DNA of 63,906 nucleotides, filler included, from an uncultured bacterium (GTDB lineage Bacteria; DAOPZR01): the NCBI GenBank assembly GCA_964637655.1. It is 3 parts of 3 records of this genome, joined end to end, with 100 filler letters (N's around TTAATTAATTAA, not from the genome) between each part and the next. Parts side by side here need not be neighbours in the genome. Positions count along the whole stretch, not along the records: positions 28,143 to 54,821 come from CAZWUZ010000018.1; positions 54,922 to 63,906 come from CAZWUZ010000160.1; 1 more part is not named here. One strand, given 5' to 3'. Every line of letters starts with the position of its first letter. Position 1 is the stretch's first letter. The notes beneath the pieces are model-generated. The model made no database searches. It worked only from the letters and a program-made list of their open reading frames with translations, and had not been told where the DNA came from. Shown here one piece after another: positions 50,890 through 59,491 of the stretch. Position numbers and translations under genes: made by a program.

Positions 50890-50901
50890 TCCGTTATCAC
50901 C

Positions 50902-50964
50902 ATTGTAGCAGCACCCCCGCTATTTGCCATGGCTGCTTTCCGCATTGCCTCGACGTTTTTCCGC
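50902..50964 (-). promoter_or_regulatory. Conserved regulon promoter, copy 9 (korAB)
   Basis: GCGGAAAAACGTCGAGGCAATGCGGAAAGCAGCCATGG-N19-TACAAT. Confidence 0.72.
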
Positions 50965-51015
50965 AATTGCGCACACGTACGGCCGTGATTCGTTCCCCGT
51001 AATGATCCCCGTAGC

Positions 51016-51160
51016 GTAACTATTCAGCCCGTCTGTCCCCTCGCCCGCTGTTCATAGCGGGAGAGGAAGACGCGCAGCGTCAGGTGAGGGTTGCAAGGCG
51101 CACACATTATTCACCCTCACCCCTGCCCACTGCAGGCAGCGGGAGAGGGTGAATAGTTAC
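51016..51160. mobile_element. MITE, 145 bp, perfect 11-bp TIR and 8-bp target duplication
   Basis: GTAACTATTCA...TGAATAGTTAC flanked by CCCGTAGC at 51008-51015 and 51161-51168. Confidence 0.9.
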
Positions 51161-51350
51161 CCCGTAGCAAGCTGGCCGGCATGCAGCCACGCGCATCTTC
51201 CCGGACGACACGCCTGCGCTGCCAGCTGCGGCGACCTTGCAGAGCCACCTGATGCGGCGCGTCTCCCAGCATCGTACTCCCTGCATCGTCAAGCGCGGCT
51301 TTTCGGGGCTCCCGCGATGGACAGCAGGCGCGGGGGCCAACGGGCTGAAC

Positions 51351-51414
51351 AGCGAAATACGTCAGACAAAAGCGGAAATCAGCAATGGTCAATTGTCCGG
51401 ACAGCGGGTATACT
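51351..51414 (+). promoter_or_regulatory. Conserved regulon promoter, copy 10 (M48 peptidase, plus strand)
   Basis: AGCGAAATACGTCAGACAAAAGCGGAAATCAGCAATGG-N20-TATACT. Confidence 0.78.
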
Positions 51415-51444
51415 GTGCCTATATGCAGGGCGGGGAGCCTATTG

Positions 51445-52257
51445 ATGAAAACGTATCAGGGCGTATTGGCAGTTGCGGTCGTGGCGGTGGCGGTGTGGAT
51501 TGGCGCTTGTGCCAATGTGCCGATTACCGGGCGGCAGCAGTTCAATATCGTTTCCGAGCAGACCCTCATCTCCACCTCGCACGATGAGTATCAGCAATTC
51601 CTGAAGGAAAACACCCTGAGCAGTGACGCCGCCGCGACCCGGCTGGTCAAGCGCGTTGGCGCCAACATCCAGCAGGCGGTAACCCGCTATTTTGCCGACC
51701 AGCAGCAGGCCGCGGCACTCGACGGCTATGCCTGGGAATATAATCTGGTCGTCGACACGGAAGCAAATGCCTGGTGCATGCCCGGCGGCAAGGTGATGGT
51801 CTACACGGGCATATTGCCCATCACGCAGAATGAATCCGGACTGGCCGTGGTGCTCGCGCATGAGATTGCCCACGCCGTGGCGAAGCATGGCAACGAGCGG
51901 CTCTCCAATGCGCTGATGATTCAGTTGGGCGGTCTGGCTCTCGACCAGGCCTTGCACCAGAAACCGCAGGAGACCCGCGACATGTACAATCAGGCCTACG
52001 GCATCGGCAGTGAGGTGGGACTCATGCTCCCGTTCAGCCGCGTGCAGGAAACGGAAGCGGACGAACTGGGCCTCATTTTTATGGCGATGGCTGGTTATGA
52101 CCCGCAGCAGGCAGTCGCCTTCTGGGAACGGATGGCCCGACAGGCGGGTTCCGCGCCGCCGCAGTTTCTGAGCAGCCACCCGTCGGACCAGACCCGCATC
52201 GCCAATCTCAACAAGTTCATGCCGCAGGCCCTGACCTATTACCATCCGGCCAGTTGA
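51445..52257 (+). CDS. M48-family metallopeptidase lipoprotein
   Basis: Lipobox IGAC, NAWCMPGG, HEIAH, FSR.QETEAD, SSHPS. Confidence 0.93.
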   Translation: MKTYQGVLAVAVVAVAVWIGACANVPITGRQQFNIVSEQTLISTSHDEYQQFLKENTLSSDAAATRLVKRVGANIQQAVTRYFADQQQAAALDGYAWEYNLVVDTEANAWCMPGGKVMVYTGILPITQNESGLAVVLAHEIAHAVAKHGNERLSNALMIQLGGLALDQALHQKPQETRDMYNQAYGIGSEVGLMLPFSRVQETEADELGLIFMAMAGYDPQQAVAFWERMARQAGSAPPQFLSSHPSDQTRIANLNKFMPQALTYYHPAS

Positions 52258-52320
52258 CGGCGGGCGGCGGCAGTGTCCACTACATCTGTTCGTGCCGGCC
52301 GGATCGGCAGGAGATGACTG

Positions 52321-53208
52321 ATGGCGTCCACAACAAATGAGCCAACACCCGCCAGGCCCGTCAAGAGCACGTCGCTTGAACACGTGCTCAGTCAAAACGA
52401 GAACATCAAAGCCACCGTTGAGCAGGCCGCCGGTGAACTGAACTCGGTAAACGAAACGCTCAAGCAGGACGACAACAGCCGTGTTCCTGTGCGGACCGTC
52501 AAAGCAGCCATCGCGCAGAACGAAGAGGTCGAGCACAAAGTTGCCAAAGTCGCAGACGATCTGCATCAGGTAAACAAACAACTTGTCGAGGAAGTGGCGG
52601 AACGGGTAGTCGTCGAATCCGCTCTCGCCGACACGCAGATCGAATTGGCCGGGGTGCGCGACGATTTGGCGAAAACGCAGGCCAAAGAACAAACAGCAAG
52701 CAACCTGGCGCTGCAGGACCCGCTTACCGGCATGCCGAACCGTGCGGCATTTGCCCTGGCGCTCGACCACGGGCTCATCCAGGCAAAACGGCACCGTTGG
52801 GGGCTCGCCGTGCTGTTTATTGACCTCGACAAATTCAAGGACATCAACGACTCGTATGGCCATGAGGTGGGCGACCAGGTGCTGATTATGGTGGCAAAAC
52901 GCCTGCACGCCACCCTCCGCGAAGAAGATATGGCCAGTCGCTGGGGCGGCGATGAGTTTGTTTGTCTGCTGTTGGAAACCAACCAGGAAGCCGACGTGGT
53001 CCACCTGGCCGGGGAACTGGTCAGCCGGATTGCCGATGACTGCGAGTTGAAGGGGACGGTGCTTTCGGTGAATGCCAGTATTGGTATTGCCATCTATCCG
53101 GCACATGGTGAAACGGCTGACCTCCTGCTCCAGCATGCCGATGCGGCAATGTATAAAGCCAAGGGCACAAAGCAGCGGGTGGCACTGTTCCGTGAGCGTG
53201 ATCCGTGA
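52321..53208 (+). CDS. Diguanylate cyclase (coiled coil + GGDEF)
   Basis: DPLTGMPNR, DLDKFK.IND.YGH..GD, RxxD I-site REED, GGDEF. Confidence 0.95.
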   Translation: MASTTNEPTPARPVKSTSLEHVLSQNENIKATVEQAAGELNSVNETLKQDDNSRVPVRTVKAAIAQNEEVEHKVAKVADDLHQVNKQLVEEVAERVVVESALADTQIELAGVRDDLAKTQAKEQTASNLALQDPLTGMPNRAAFALALDHGLIQAKRHRWGLAVLFIDLDKFKDINDSYGHEVGDQVLIMVAKRLHATLREEDMASRWGGDEFVCLLLETNQEADVVHLAGELVSRIADDCELKGTVLSVNASIGIAIYPAHGETADLLLQHADAAMYKAKGTKQRVALFRERDP

Positions 53209-53275
53209 TGTTCCGGTTGGTGATTGCCGGCGGGGTACACCCCTGTGACCGCGCGCGGTCGCGGCGGAGGAATAC

Positions 53276-54640
53276 ATGCAACACTATGACCTGATAGTGC
53301 TGGGCGCGGGCGTGGCCAGTTCCGTTGCGCTCGCCGCTGCGGGCAGGGGGCTGCGCACCGCACTCATCGATCCCGGGCCGGCGGGCGGGACCTGCCTCAA
53401 TCGCGGCTGCATTCCGACCAAGGTCATGCTGCACAGCGGCGAAGTCGCGCGCACGGCGCGGGACGGTGCGCGGTTCGGCATCAACAGCCGGGTGGAGAGC
53501 GTCGATTTCGGCGTTATCCGCGAGCACGTCAACAGCATTGTCTCCTTCTGGCGCGACCGCCTGGAAAAGCTCCTGGCCACCACCGCCAACCTCGATTTTT
53601 ACCGCGCACCGGCGCATTTCGCCGGCGACCGGATTGTCGAGTGCGGCGGCCAGCGCCTGGTCGGCGACCGGCTGGTCATCGCGGTCGGGGCGCGCGCGCT
53701 GCGACCGCCGATTCCCGGGCTCGACGGCATCAACTACTACACCAATGAGAACGTGCTGACCATGCCGTCCGTTCCCGCCTCGCTGGCCGTCATTGGCGGC
53801 GGCTACATCGGCATGGAATTCGCCTGCTTTTTCGCCGCACTGGGCAGCGCGGTAACCGTCATCGAGCCGCAACCCCAACTCCTCTCCGGCATCGAGCCGT
53901 CGCTGCGCAAGCATTTCAACCACAGCGTGGCGACCCAGATGCGCGTGCTCACCGCCACCTCGGTGGCGGGAGTCGCGGCGGCGGGCGAAGCGAAGGAACT
54001 GCGCTGCCGTCAGGCCGATGGCAGTGAACTGACGGTGGCGGCCGCGGAGATTTTCCTCGCGGCGGGTCGTCAGGTCAATACCGACACGCTCGCTTGCGCC
54101 GCGGGCGGGATTGCGCTCGACGCGCGCGGCTACATTGTGGTTGACGAGTTCCTGCAGACGAAACAGGAAAATGTCTGGGCCATGGGTGATTGCGCGGGCA
54201 CGCCCGCCTTCCGCCATATCGGCGAACACCAGGCGGAACTGCTGGCGGACAATCTGTTCAATAATCGCCGCCACGCGGCGGATTACTCACTGGTCCCCTA
54301 CGCCGCCTTCACCTATCCCGAAATCGCCTCGGTCGGCATGTCGCACGAACAGGCCGTCGCCAAAGGGTATGACGTGGTTGCGCGCCAGCTCAATTACACA
54401 GGCAACGCCCGCGGCCGGGCCATGGGCGTGCCCGGCTTCTGCGCCGCGGTGATCGACAAAAAGTCGCAGCAGCTGCTCGGGTTCCACATTATCGGGCCGC
54501 ACGCCTCCATCCTCATCCACGAGGTGCTGCCGGTGATGACCCGCAAACTGCCGGTCAGCGCCATCACCGACGCCATCCACATCCATCCCGCACTGTCGGA
54601 ACTGGTGCAGTGGACCTTCACCCTCGGCCGCGAACTATGA
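53276..54640 (+). CDS. Pyridine nucleotide-disulfide oxidoreductase (dihydrolipoamide dehydrogenase family)
   Basis: GGTCLNRGCIPTK, IGGGYIG.E, HPALSE. Confidence 0.92.
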   Translation: MQHYDLIVLGAGVASSVALAAAGRGLRTALIDPGPAGGTCLNRGCIPTKVMLHSGEVARTARDGARFGINSRVESVDFGVIREHVNSIVSFWRDRLEKLLATTANLDFYRAPAHFAGDRIVECGGQRLVGDRLVIAVGARALRPPIPGLDGINYYTNENVLTMPSVPASLAVIGGGYIGMEFACFFAALGSAVTVIEPQPQLLSGIEPSLRKHFNHSVATQMRVLTATSVAGVAAAGEAKELRCRQADGSELTVAAAEIFLAAGRQVNTDTLACAAGGIALDARGYIVVDEFLQTKQENVWAMGDCAGTPAFRHIGEHQAELLADNLFNNRRHAADYSLVPYAAFTYPEIASVGMSHEQAVAKGYDVVARQLNYTGNARGRAMGVPGFCAAVIDKKSQQLLGFHIIGPHASILIHEVLPVMTRKLPVSAITDAIHIHPALSELVQWTFTLGREL

Positions 54641-54821
54641 ACGCCTGACCGCAGCTGAGGCGATGGGATGTCTGCCGGGCAACTATGTGGCAGAACATCA
54701 TGGCAATAGTATTGTAACCCAGGCGTCGAAAGCCCGCGCACTTACCGCATAGCCGCATTGTCGACCGCACGCACGCGGGCCGTTTTGACCATGCCACTGC
54801 CTTCACCACCGGGCACTGCCT

Positions 54822-54921
54822 NNNNNNNNNNNNNNNNNNNNNNNNNNNNNNNNNNNNNNNNNNNNTTAATTAATTAANNNNNNNNNNNNNNNNNNNNNNN
54901 NNNNNNNNNNNNNNNNNNNNN
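54822..54921. other. Artificial contig linker
   Basis: 44 N + TTAATTAATTAA + 44 N. Confidence 0.98.
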
Positions 54922-54922
54922 C

Positions 54923-55702
54923 GGGCAGATCACCTCGCTCGCCATCATCAAGGGGGTTTTCATCCCCTCGGTCATCAACCTGCTCATCCCGCTTGTCGTC
55001 TGCAGTCATGCGCTGCGCGGCAAAACCATCGTCGCGCCGGATTTTGTCGAACGCCGTCGCGTCATCAATGCCACGCCGTATGAAAAGAACCTGATGTTCT
55101 TCCTCGGGGTGGCCGCGCTGATCTCCGTCCCGGTGTTCAAGGCCGTCACCCACCTGCCGCCGTTCATGGGCATTCTCTTTGCCCTCGGCCTGCTCTGGCT
55201 GGTCGGTGAACTGATCCACCGCGCCAAAGATGACGACGACAAGGAGCACCTGACCCTGGTGCACGCACTGACCCGCATCGACATGGGCTCCATCGTCTTT
55301 TTCATCGGCATCCTGCTCGCCGTCGCCACGCTCGAACATACCCACATCCTTTCCGCGCTGGCCGCGTGGCTGACCGCGACCATCGGGCGGCTCGACCTTA
55401 TCGTCATGGTCATCGGCATCATCAGCGCCATCGTCGACAACGTGCCGCTGGTCGCCGCCTCCATGGGGATGTATGACCTTGCCACCTACGCCCCCGACAG
55501 TTTCCTCTGGGAATTCCTCGCCTACTGCGCGGGGACGGGCGGGTCGCTGCTGATCATCGGCTCTGCCGCCGGGGTGGCGGCCATGGGGCTCGAAAAGATC
55601 AATTTCTTCTGGTATGTGCGCAAGATCAGCGGCTTTGCGCTGCTCGGCTACTTCGCCGGCGCCATCGCCTACATTATCCAGTACACGCTGCTCCACTCCT
55701 GA
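54923..55702 (+). CDS. nhaD: NhaD-type Na+/H+ antiporter, C-terminal part
   Basis: GQIT, HLPPFMG, SAIVDNVPLV, AGTGGS.LIIGSAAGVAAMG. Confidence 0.92.
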   Translation, partial: GQITSLAIIKGVFIPSVINLLIPLVVCSHALRGKTIVAPDFVERRRVINATPYEKNLMFFLGVAALISVPVFKAVTHLPPFMGILFALGLLWLVGELIHRAKDDDDKEHLTLVHALTRIDMGSIVFFIGILLAVATLEHTHILSALAAWLTATIGRLDLIVMVIGIISAIVDNVPLVAASMGMYDLATYAPDSFLWEFLAYCAGTGGSLLIIGSAAGVAAMGLEKINFFWYVRKISGFALLGYFAGAIAYIIQYTLLHS

Positions 55703-55717
55703 CCGGGCGGGACGGGC

Positions 55718-57178
55718 ATGGCTGAACGCGCGGCCCCTGTCACCGGGACCCGGCATGGGACGGCGGTCGCCCTCCTCTTCGCCATCGCCCTCATCCTGCG
55801 CCTCGCCTACCTGCCGCTCGTTGTGCACCTGCCGTTCAACGACATGGCCGACTACCTCGATTTCGGCGCATCCCTCGCCCGCGGCGAAGGGCTGGGCGAC
55901 GACTACCACTACCCGCTCTACGGCTATTTCCTTGCCGGGTTTATCCGCCTCTATCCCGCTGACCCGCAAATCGCCATCCGCGTCGTGCAGGCGGTCATCG
56001 GCGCCGGCATACCGGTGGCCATTGCCGCCATCGCCACGCACCTGTTTTCACGTCGCGCCGGGCTGCTCGCCGGCGGCATCGCCGCGCTCTACCCCGACTG
56101 CATCATGTACTGCGCGCTCGAGACGCCCGAAACCGTTTACCTCTTTCTGCTGACCGCGTTCTTTGTGTTCGCTGTGCCGCTGGTCGAGGGGGACAGGCGC
56201 TGGCGCACCGTTGTGCCGGCCGGCATCCTGCTCGGCCTGCTGCCGCTCGCCAAGTCGCTCACCGTGCCGCTCTTCGCGCTCGTGCCGCTGCTCGTCCTGC
56301 TGCGCCGCGACCGTCACACCCTGCTCTGGCCTCTCGCCGTGCTCCTCACGCTCGCCCTGCTCCTTGCCGCACCCTACTGGTACCGCAACCATCGCGTCTA
56401 TGGCGGGCTCAATCTCACCTCCCCCTTCTTCGGCACCCTGCTCTACAAGGGGAATCATCCGGGCACCAACTACGAGTCGAACTACCCGGAACTCACCCCC
56501 GCGCTGCGCTGCTACGCCGAGGTCAAGCCGGTGTATGATGCCCTCGCTTTGCGGCTGCCGCGGCGGGTCCACCCCGTCAACCACGGCACGGTCAGTGCCT
56601 ACCTGCTGCGCGAGGCGCAGGCGGATATCGCCGCGGCACCCGGCACCTTCCTGTACAATACCGCCGCCAAGATCGGACTTTTCTTTTTCCGCAACCGCGA
56701 CTGGTTCCTCTACACCGTCCCGCATTTCGGGTTTGCCCGCGGCCCCTTCTACGACACCCTCGTCTACGGTCTGCTCCTCTTCGCGGTTGCCGGTTATGTG
56801 CGCGTGCGCCGCCGCCCGGGTGCCTGGCTCATCATCGGCTTCGTTGCCGCCACCGCGCTCGCCGTGGGCATCACCGTCTACCTCACCCGCTACCGCCTCC
56901 CGATCATCCCGTTTGCCATCGCTGGTGCCGCCGGTGCCTGCCTGCACTATCCGCGCGCCGCGCGTGCCGCCGGTCTTACGCTGCTGCTGCTCGCACTGCT
57001 CACCCTCGCGCAGTACCGCGGGCTGGACGACGAGCGCGTGACGCTGGCAAAGTTCTTTGTCATTCTCGGGGAACGCAAGAGCGCGGAACGTTATCTTGAC
57101 ACGGTCACCACCCCGGCTGCCGTGGCGGAGCGTACACGCCTGCGCGCCCTCTTCGCCGCGCATAACGTGCCGTTCTGA
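55718..57178 (+). CDS. ArnT/GT39-like membrane glycosyltransferase
   Basis: NDMADY..G..LA.G.G, YPLY, LYP...ETPE, RNHRVYG, RYRLP. Confidence 0.78.
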   Translation: MAERAAPVTGTRHGTAVALLFAIALILRLAYLPLVVHLPFNDMADYLDFGASLARGEGLGDDYHYPLYGYFLAGFIRLYPADPQIAIRVVQAVIGAGIPVAIAAIATHLFSRRAGLLAGGIAALYPDCIMYCALETPETVYLFLLTAFFVFAVPLVEGDRRWRTVVPAGILLGLLPLAKSLTVPLFALVPLLVLLRRDRHTLLWPLAVLLTLALLLAAPYWYRNHRVYGGLNLTSPFFGTLLYKGNHPGTNYESNYPELTPALRCYAEVKPVYDALALRLPRRVHPVNHGTVSAYLLREAQADIAAAPGTFLYNTAAKIGLFFFRNRDWFLYTVPHFGFARGPFYDTLVYGLLLFAVAGYVRVRRRPGAWLIIGFVAATALAVGITVYLTRYRLPIIPFAIAGAAGACLHYPRAARAAGLTLLLLALLTLAQYRGLDDERVTLAKFFVILGERKSAERYLDTVTTPAAVAERTRLRALFAAHNVPF

Positions 57179-57182
57179 AAAA

Positions 57183-57500
57183 TCAGTTGTCGATACGGAT
57201 AATGGCGTAATACCCGGTGGTCAGCCCGAGGAAGGTCATCGGCTGCCGTGCAACAAGGTGCCCGCCGTCCAGCACCGGATTGTCATCACGCAACCGTCCG
57301 TGGGCTGCGACAAACCGGTAGCGTGCCGGCTGTGCTGCCGGGCGGAACATCATGGTGAACCTGATGCCGATGCCCAAACGCGTTTCGCGCGTGAAGGATG
57401 CCAGTTCTTCGTTGCGCGCCGTTGCCTCGTCCAGCATCGCCTCGCCCACCTCCTGCGCGTGGCGCGGGGTGCGGTACGTGCGCGTGGCGGTGCGCGTCAC
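57183..57500 (-). CDS. Hypothetical protein
   Basis: GTGA overlap with the aldolase stop; fills the gap to the convergent gene. Confidence 0.5.
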   Translation of the reverse strand: MTRTATRTYRTPRHAQEVGEAMLDEATARNEELASFTRETRLGIGIRFTMMFRPAAQPARYRFVAAHGRLRDDNPVLDGGHLVARQPMTFLGLTTGYYAIIRIDN

Positions 57501-58117
57501 ACCTTTTTCATGCGGTCAACAAAATGCAGCAGCTCCGCCCGCACACTCGCGCTCTGATACTGCAGCGGCAGGTCCGCACCCCGCGCGGTCACGATGGCCC
57601 GCGCGAGAAACTCGAAGGCGATGGTCTTGAGCAGCGCGTCGTTGAGGTCCTTGCCGATCGCGGTCAGTCCGTGGCTGCCCATGATCACCACGTCATGCTT
57701 CGCCGCCGCCTCGCCTGTCAGTTTCGCCAGTTCGGGCGATCCGGGATGCGCGTAGCCGATGCGCCCGATGCTCTTGAGGTAGTACATCGTCTCAGGCACC
57801 AGGTTGATGTTCAGTTCCTCGTTGCTGCAGGCCAGCAGCGTCGCGTAGTGCGGCTGGCTGTGGAAGACCGCACCCGTCGCGGGGCGCGCCGCGTAGCAGT
57901 TCAGGTGCAGTTGCGTTTCCATCGAGCAGCCCGCCGGCGGCTGCGACGCGCAGCGGAACGAGATGATGTCGTCGGGGCGCAGAAACCCGAGATAACTCCC
58001 GCTGGTGGTGATATGCACCATGTTGTCGGGTGTGCGCGCGCTCAGGTTGCCGCTCGCCCCCGCCAGCAGTCCGTGCTCGAACGCGATGCGCCCGCAGCGG
58101 ATGATTTCCTCTTTCAT
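57497..58117 (-). CDS. Class II aldolase/adducin family protein
   Basis: GNLSAR, ITTSG, SME..LH, VFHSQP, SHGL. Confidence 0.9.
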   Translation of the reverse strand: MKEEIIRCGRIAFEHGLLAGASGNLSARTPDNMVHITTSGSYLGFLRPDDIISFRCASQPPAGCSMETQLHLNCYAARPATGAVFHSQPHYATLLACSNEELNINLVPETMYYLKSIGRIGYAHPGSPELAKLTGEAAAKHDVVIMGSHGLTAIGKDLNDALLKTIAFEFLARAIVTARGADLPLQYQSASVRAELLHFVDRMKKV

Positions 58118-58127
58118 GCAGTGCTCC

Positions 58128-58499
58128 TCACTGTTTCACCGGCAGCACTTCAACCCAGTAGCCGTCCGGATCCTCGATGAAATAGATGCCCATTTGTTCG
58201 TTCTCGTAGCAGATGCAGCCCATGGCCCGGTGCTGCGCCTGCGCCGCGGCGAAATCATCGGTGCGCAGCGCGAGATGGAACTCGTTATCCCCGAGATTGT
58301 AGGGCTCCGTGCGGTCGCGCAGCCAGGTCAGTTCCAGCGTGTGCGACGTGGTCCCGTCACCGAGATAGACGATGATAAACCGCCCGTCGTCGGGTGTAAT
58401 GCGCCGCACCTCGCGCAGCCCCAGCGCCTCCGCGTAAAACGTCATGCTCTTTTTCAGGTCGCGCACATTGATGTTGTTGTGACAGAACGTGAATTGCAC
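58128..58499 (-). CDS. gloA: Lactoylglutathione lyase (glyoxalase I, VOC)
   Basis: HNNINV.DL.KS..FY, LELTW, HLA, YFIEDPDGYWVE; SD GGAGG + GTG. Confidence 0.9.
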   Translation of the reverse strand: MQFTFCHNNINVRDLKKSMTFYAEALGLREVRRITPDDGRFIIVYLGDGTTSHTLELTWLRDRTEPYNLGDNEFHLALRTDDFAAAQAQHRAMGCICYENEQMGIYFIEDPDGYWVEVLPVKQ

Positions 58500-58520
58500 A
58501 ATAGCCTCCGCGCAGCCGCT

Positions 58521-59426
58521 TCAGGGCTGCAGGATGTCCGCCAGCGGTACGCCCGACTGCGCGACTCCCGCCACCTCGGCATCCGTCAGTTGCCGGTTGA
58601 ACACCGCAAAGTCGTCGGCGTAGATGCCGTCGCTGTTCCACTTCCAGGCCCCGCCCGCACCCGGATTCTGCATGGCCCCGGGACAACTCCCCAACTGCAG
58701 TATGTCATCCGTGGTGGCCGGGTTGCTGCGGTCCGGGTTGCTGAGATTACCGCTGGTGATACTGCTGTCGCACAGCACCGGCACACCGTCAAGATACGTG
58801 AAGAAACCTGCCGGCCCCCAGGCCTGGGCCAGATGATAGAAACGCCCCGCCTGCATGCTCTGATTGAGAGTCGAGGAGACCGCGCTGCGGTCCGGCCTCA
58901 GAAAATGCATGCACAGTTTGTACTGATGGGTGGGGTAGTAAAACGCGCTCGGATAGTGCCGGCCGTAGGCCCAGATAAATGAGCGGTCCTGCTGATTGTC
59001 GATGCGCACCCAGGCCATCACCGTCGCTTCGCGCAGGAACGCCGCTCCCGGCATCGCATAGGTGAGCGGCGCGTCAATGTAGAGCCGCCGCGCTTCGCCG
59101 AACTGACCGGGTATCAGTTCCACCGGTCGGGACGAGGTGGTGCCGTTATCCTGCACGGTCCCCGCATCGAACGGCTCGAACACATACAGGTCTGCGCTTT
59201 GCAGGGTGGTGGGCGGCGCTGCCGCTTGTGCCGTCTGCGGCTGCGCATACTGACGGCGAACGAAACGTGCCGGATCATTCTGCTGCAGGCGCCCGCTGCC
59301 GAGATACCATACCGCCCCGCCCACCGTGAACAGGCCGACAATCAGCAGCACCCCGATGATAATGCCGATGGTCAGGAGCTGCCACTTCGTCATCCCCGTT
59401 CCGCCCTCGCCATCCTTGTTTTCCAT
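58521..59426 (-). CDS. Membrane-anchored LamG/ConA-like protein, paralogue A
   Basis: N-terminal TM; TVMAWV, YHLAQAW, YLDG, DDFAVFNRQLTDAEV. Confidence 0.85.
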   Translation of the reverse strand: MENKDGEGGTGMTKWQLLTIGIIIGVLLIVGLFTVGGAVWYLGSGRLQQNDPARFVRRQYAQPQTAQAAAPPTTLQSADLYVFEPFDAGTVQDNGTTSSRPVELIPGQFGEARRLYIDAPLTYAMPGAAFLREATVMAWVRIDNQQDRSFIWAYGRHYPSAFYYPTHQYKLCMHFLRPDRSAVSSTLNQSMQAGRFYHLAQAWGPAGFFTYLDGVPVLCDSSITSGNLSNPDRSNPATTDDILQLGSCPGAMQNPGAGGAWKWNSDGIYADDFAVFNRQLTDAEVAGVAQSGVPLADILQP

Positions 59427-59491
59427 CGCTCGCCCCCTTGCGTTATGCTGTTATGCCGACACTCACATCGGGCTTGGCGTTCCGCGTCGGG

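Noticed and set aside
54711-54770. Possible eleventh regulon promoter (TACAAT plus GCGG repeats on the minus strand)
   Set aside because: Lacks CCAATGG at the fixed spacing and points into a convergent gene end.
54822-54921. Second linker and ORFs that run into it
   Set aside because: Artificial; ORF ends reading X...LIN or X...N are not real.
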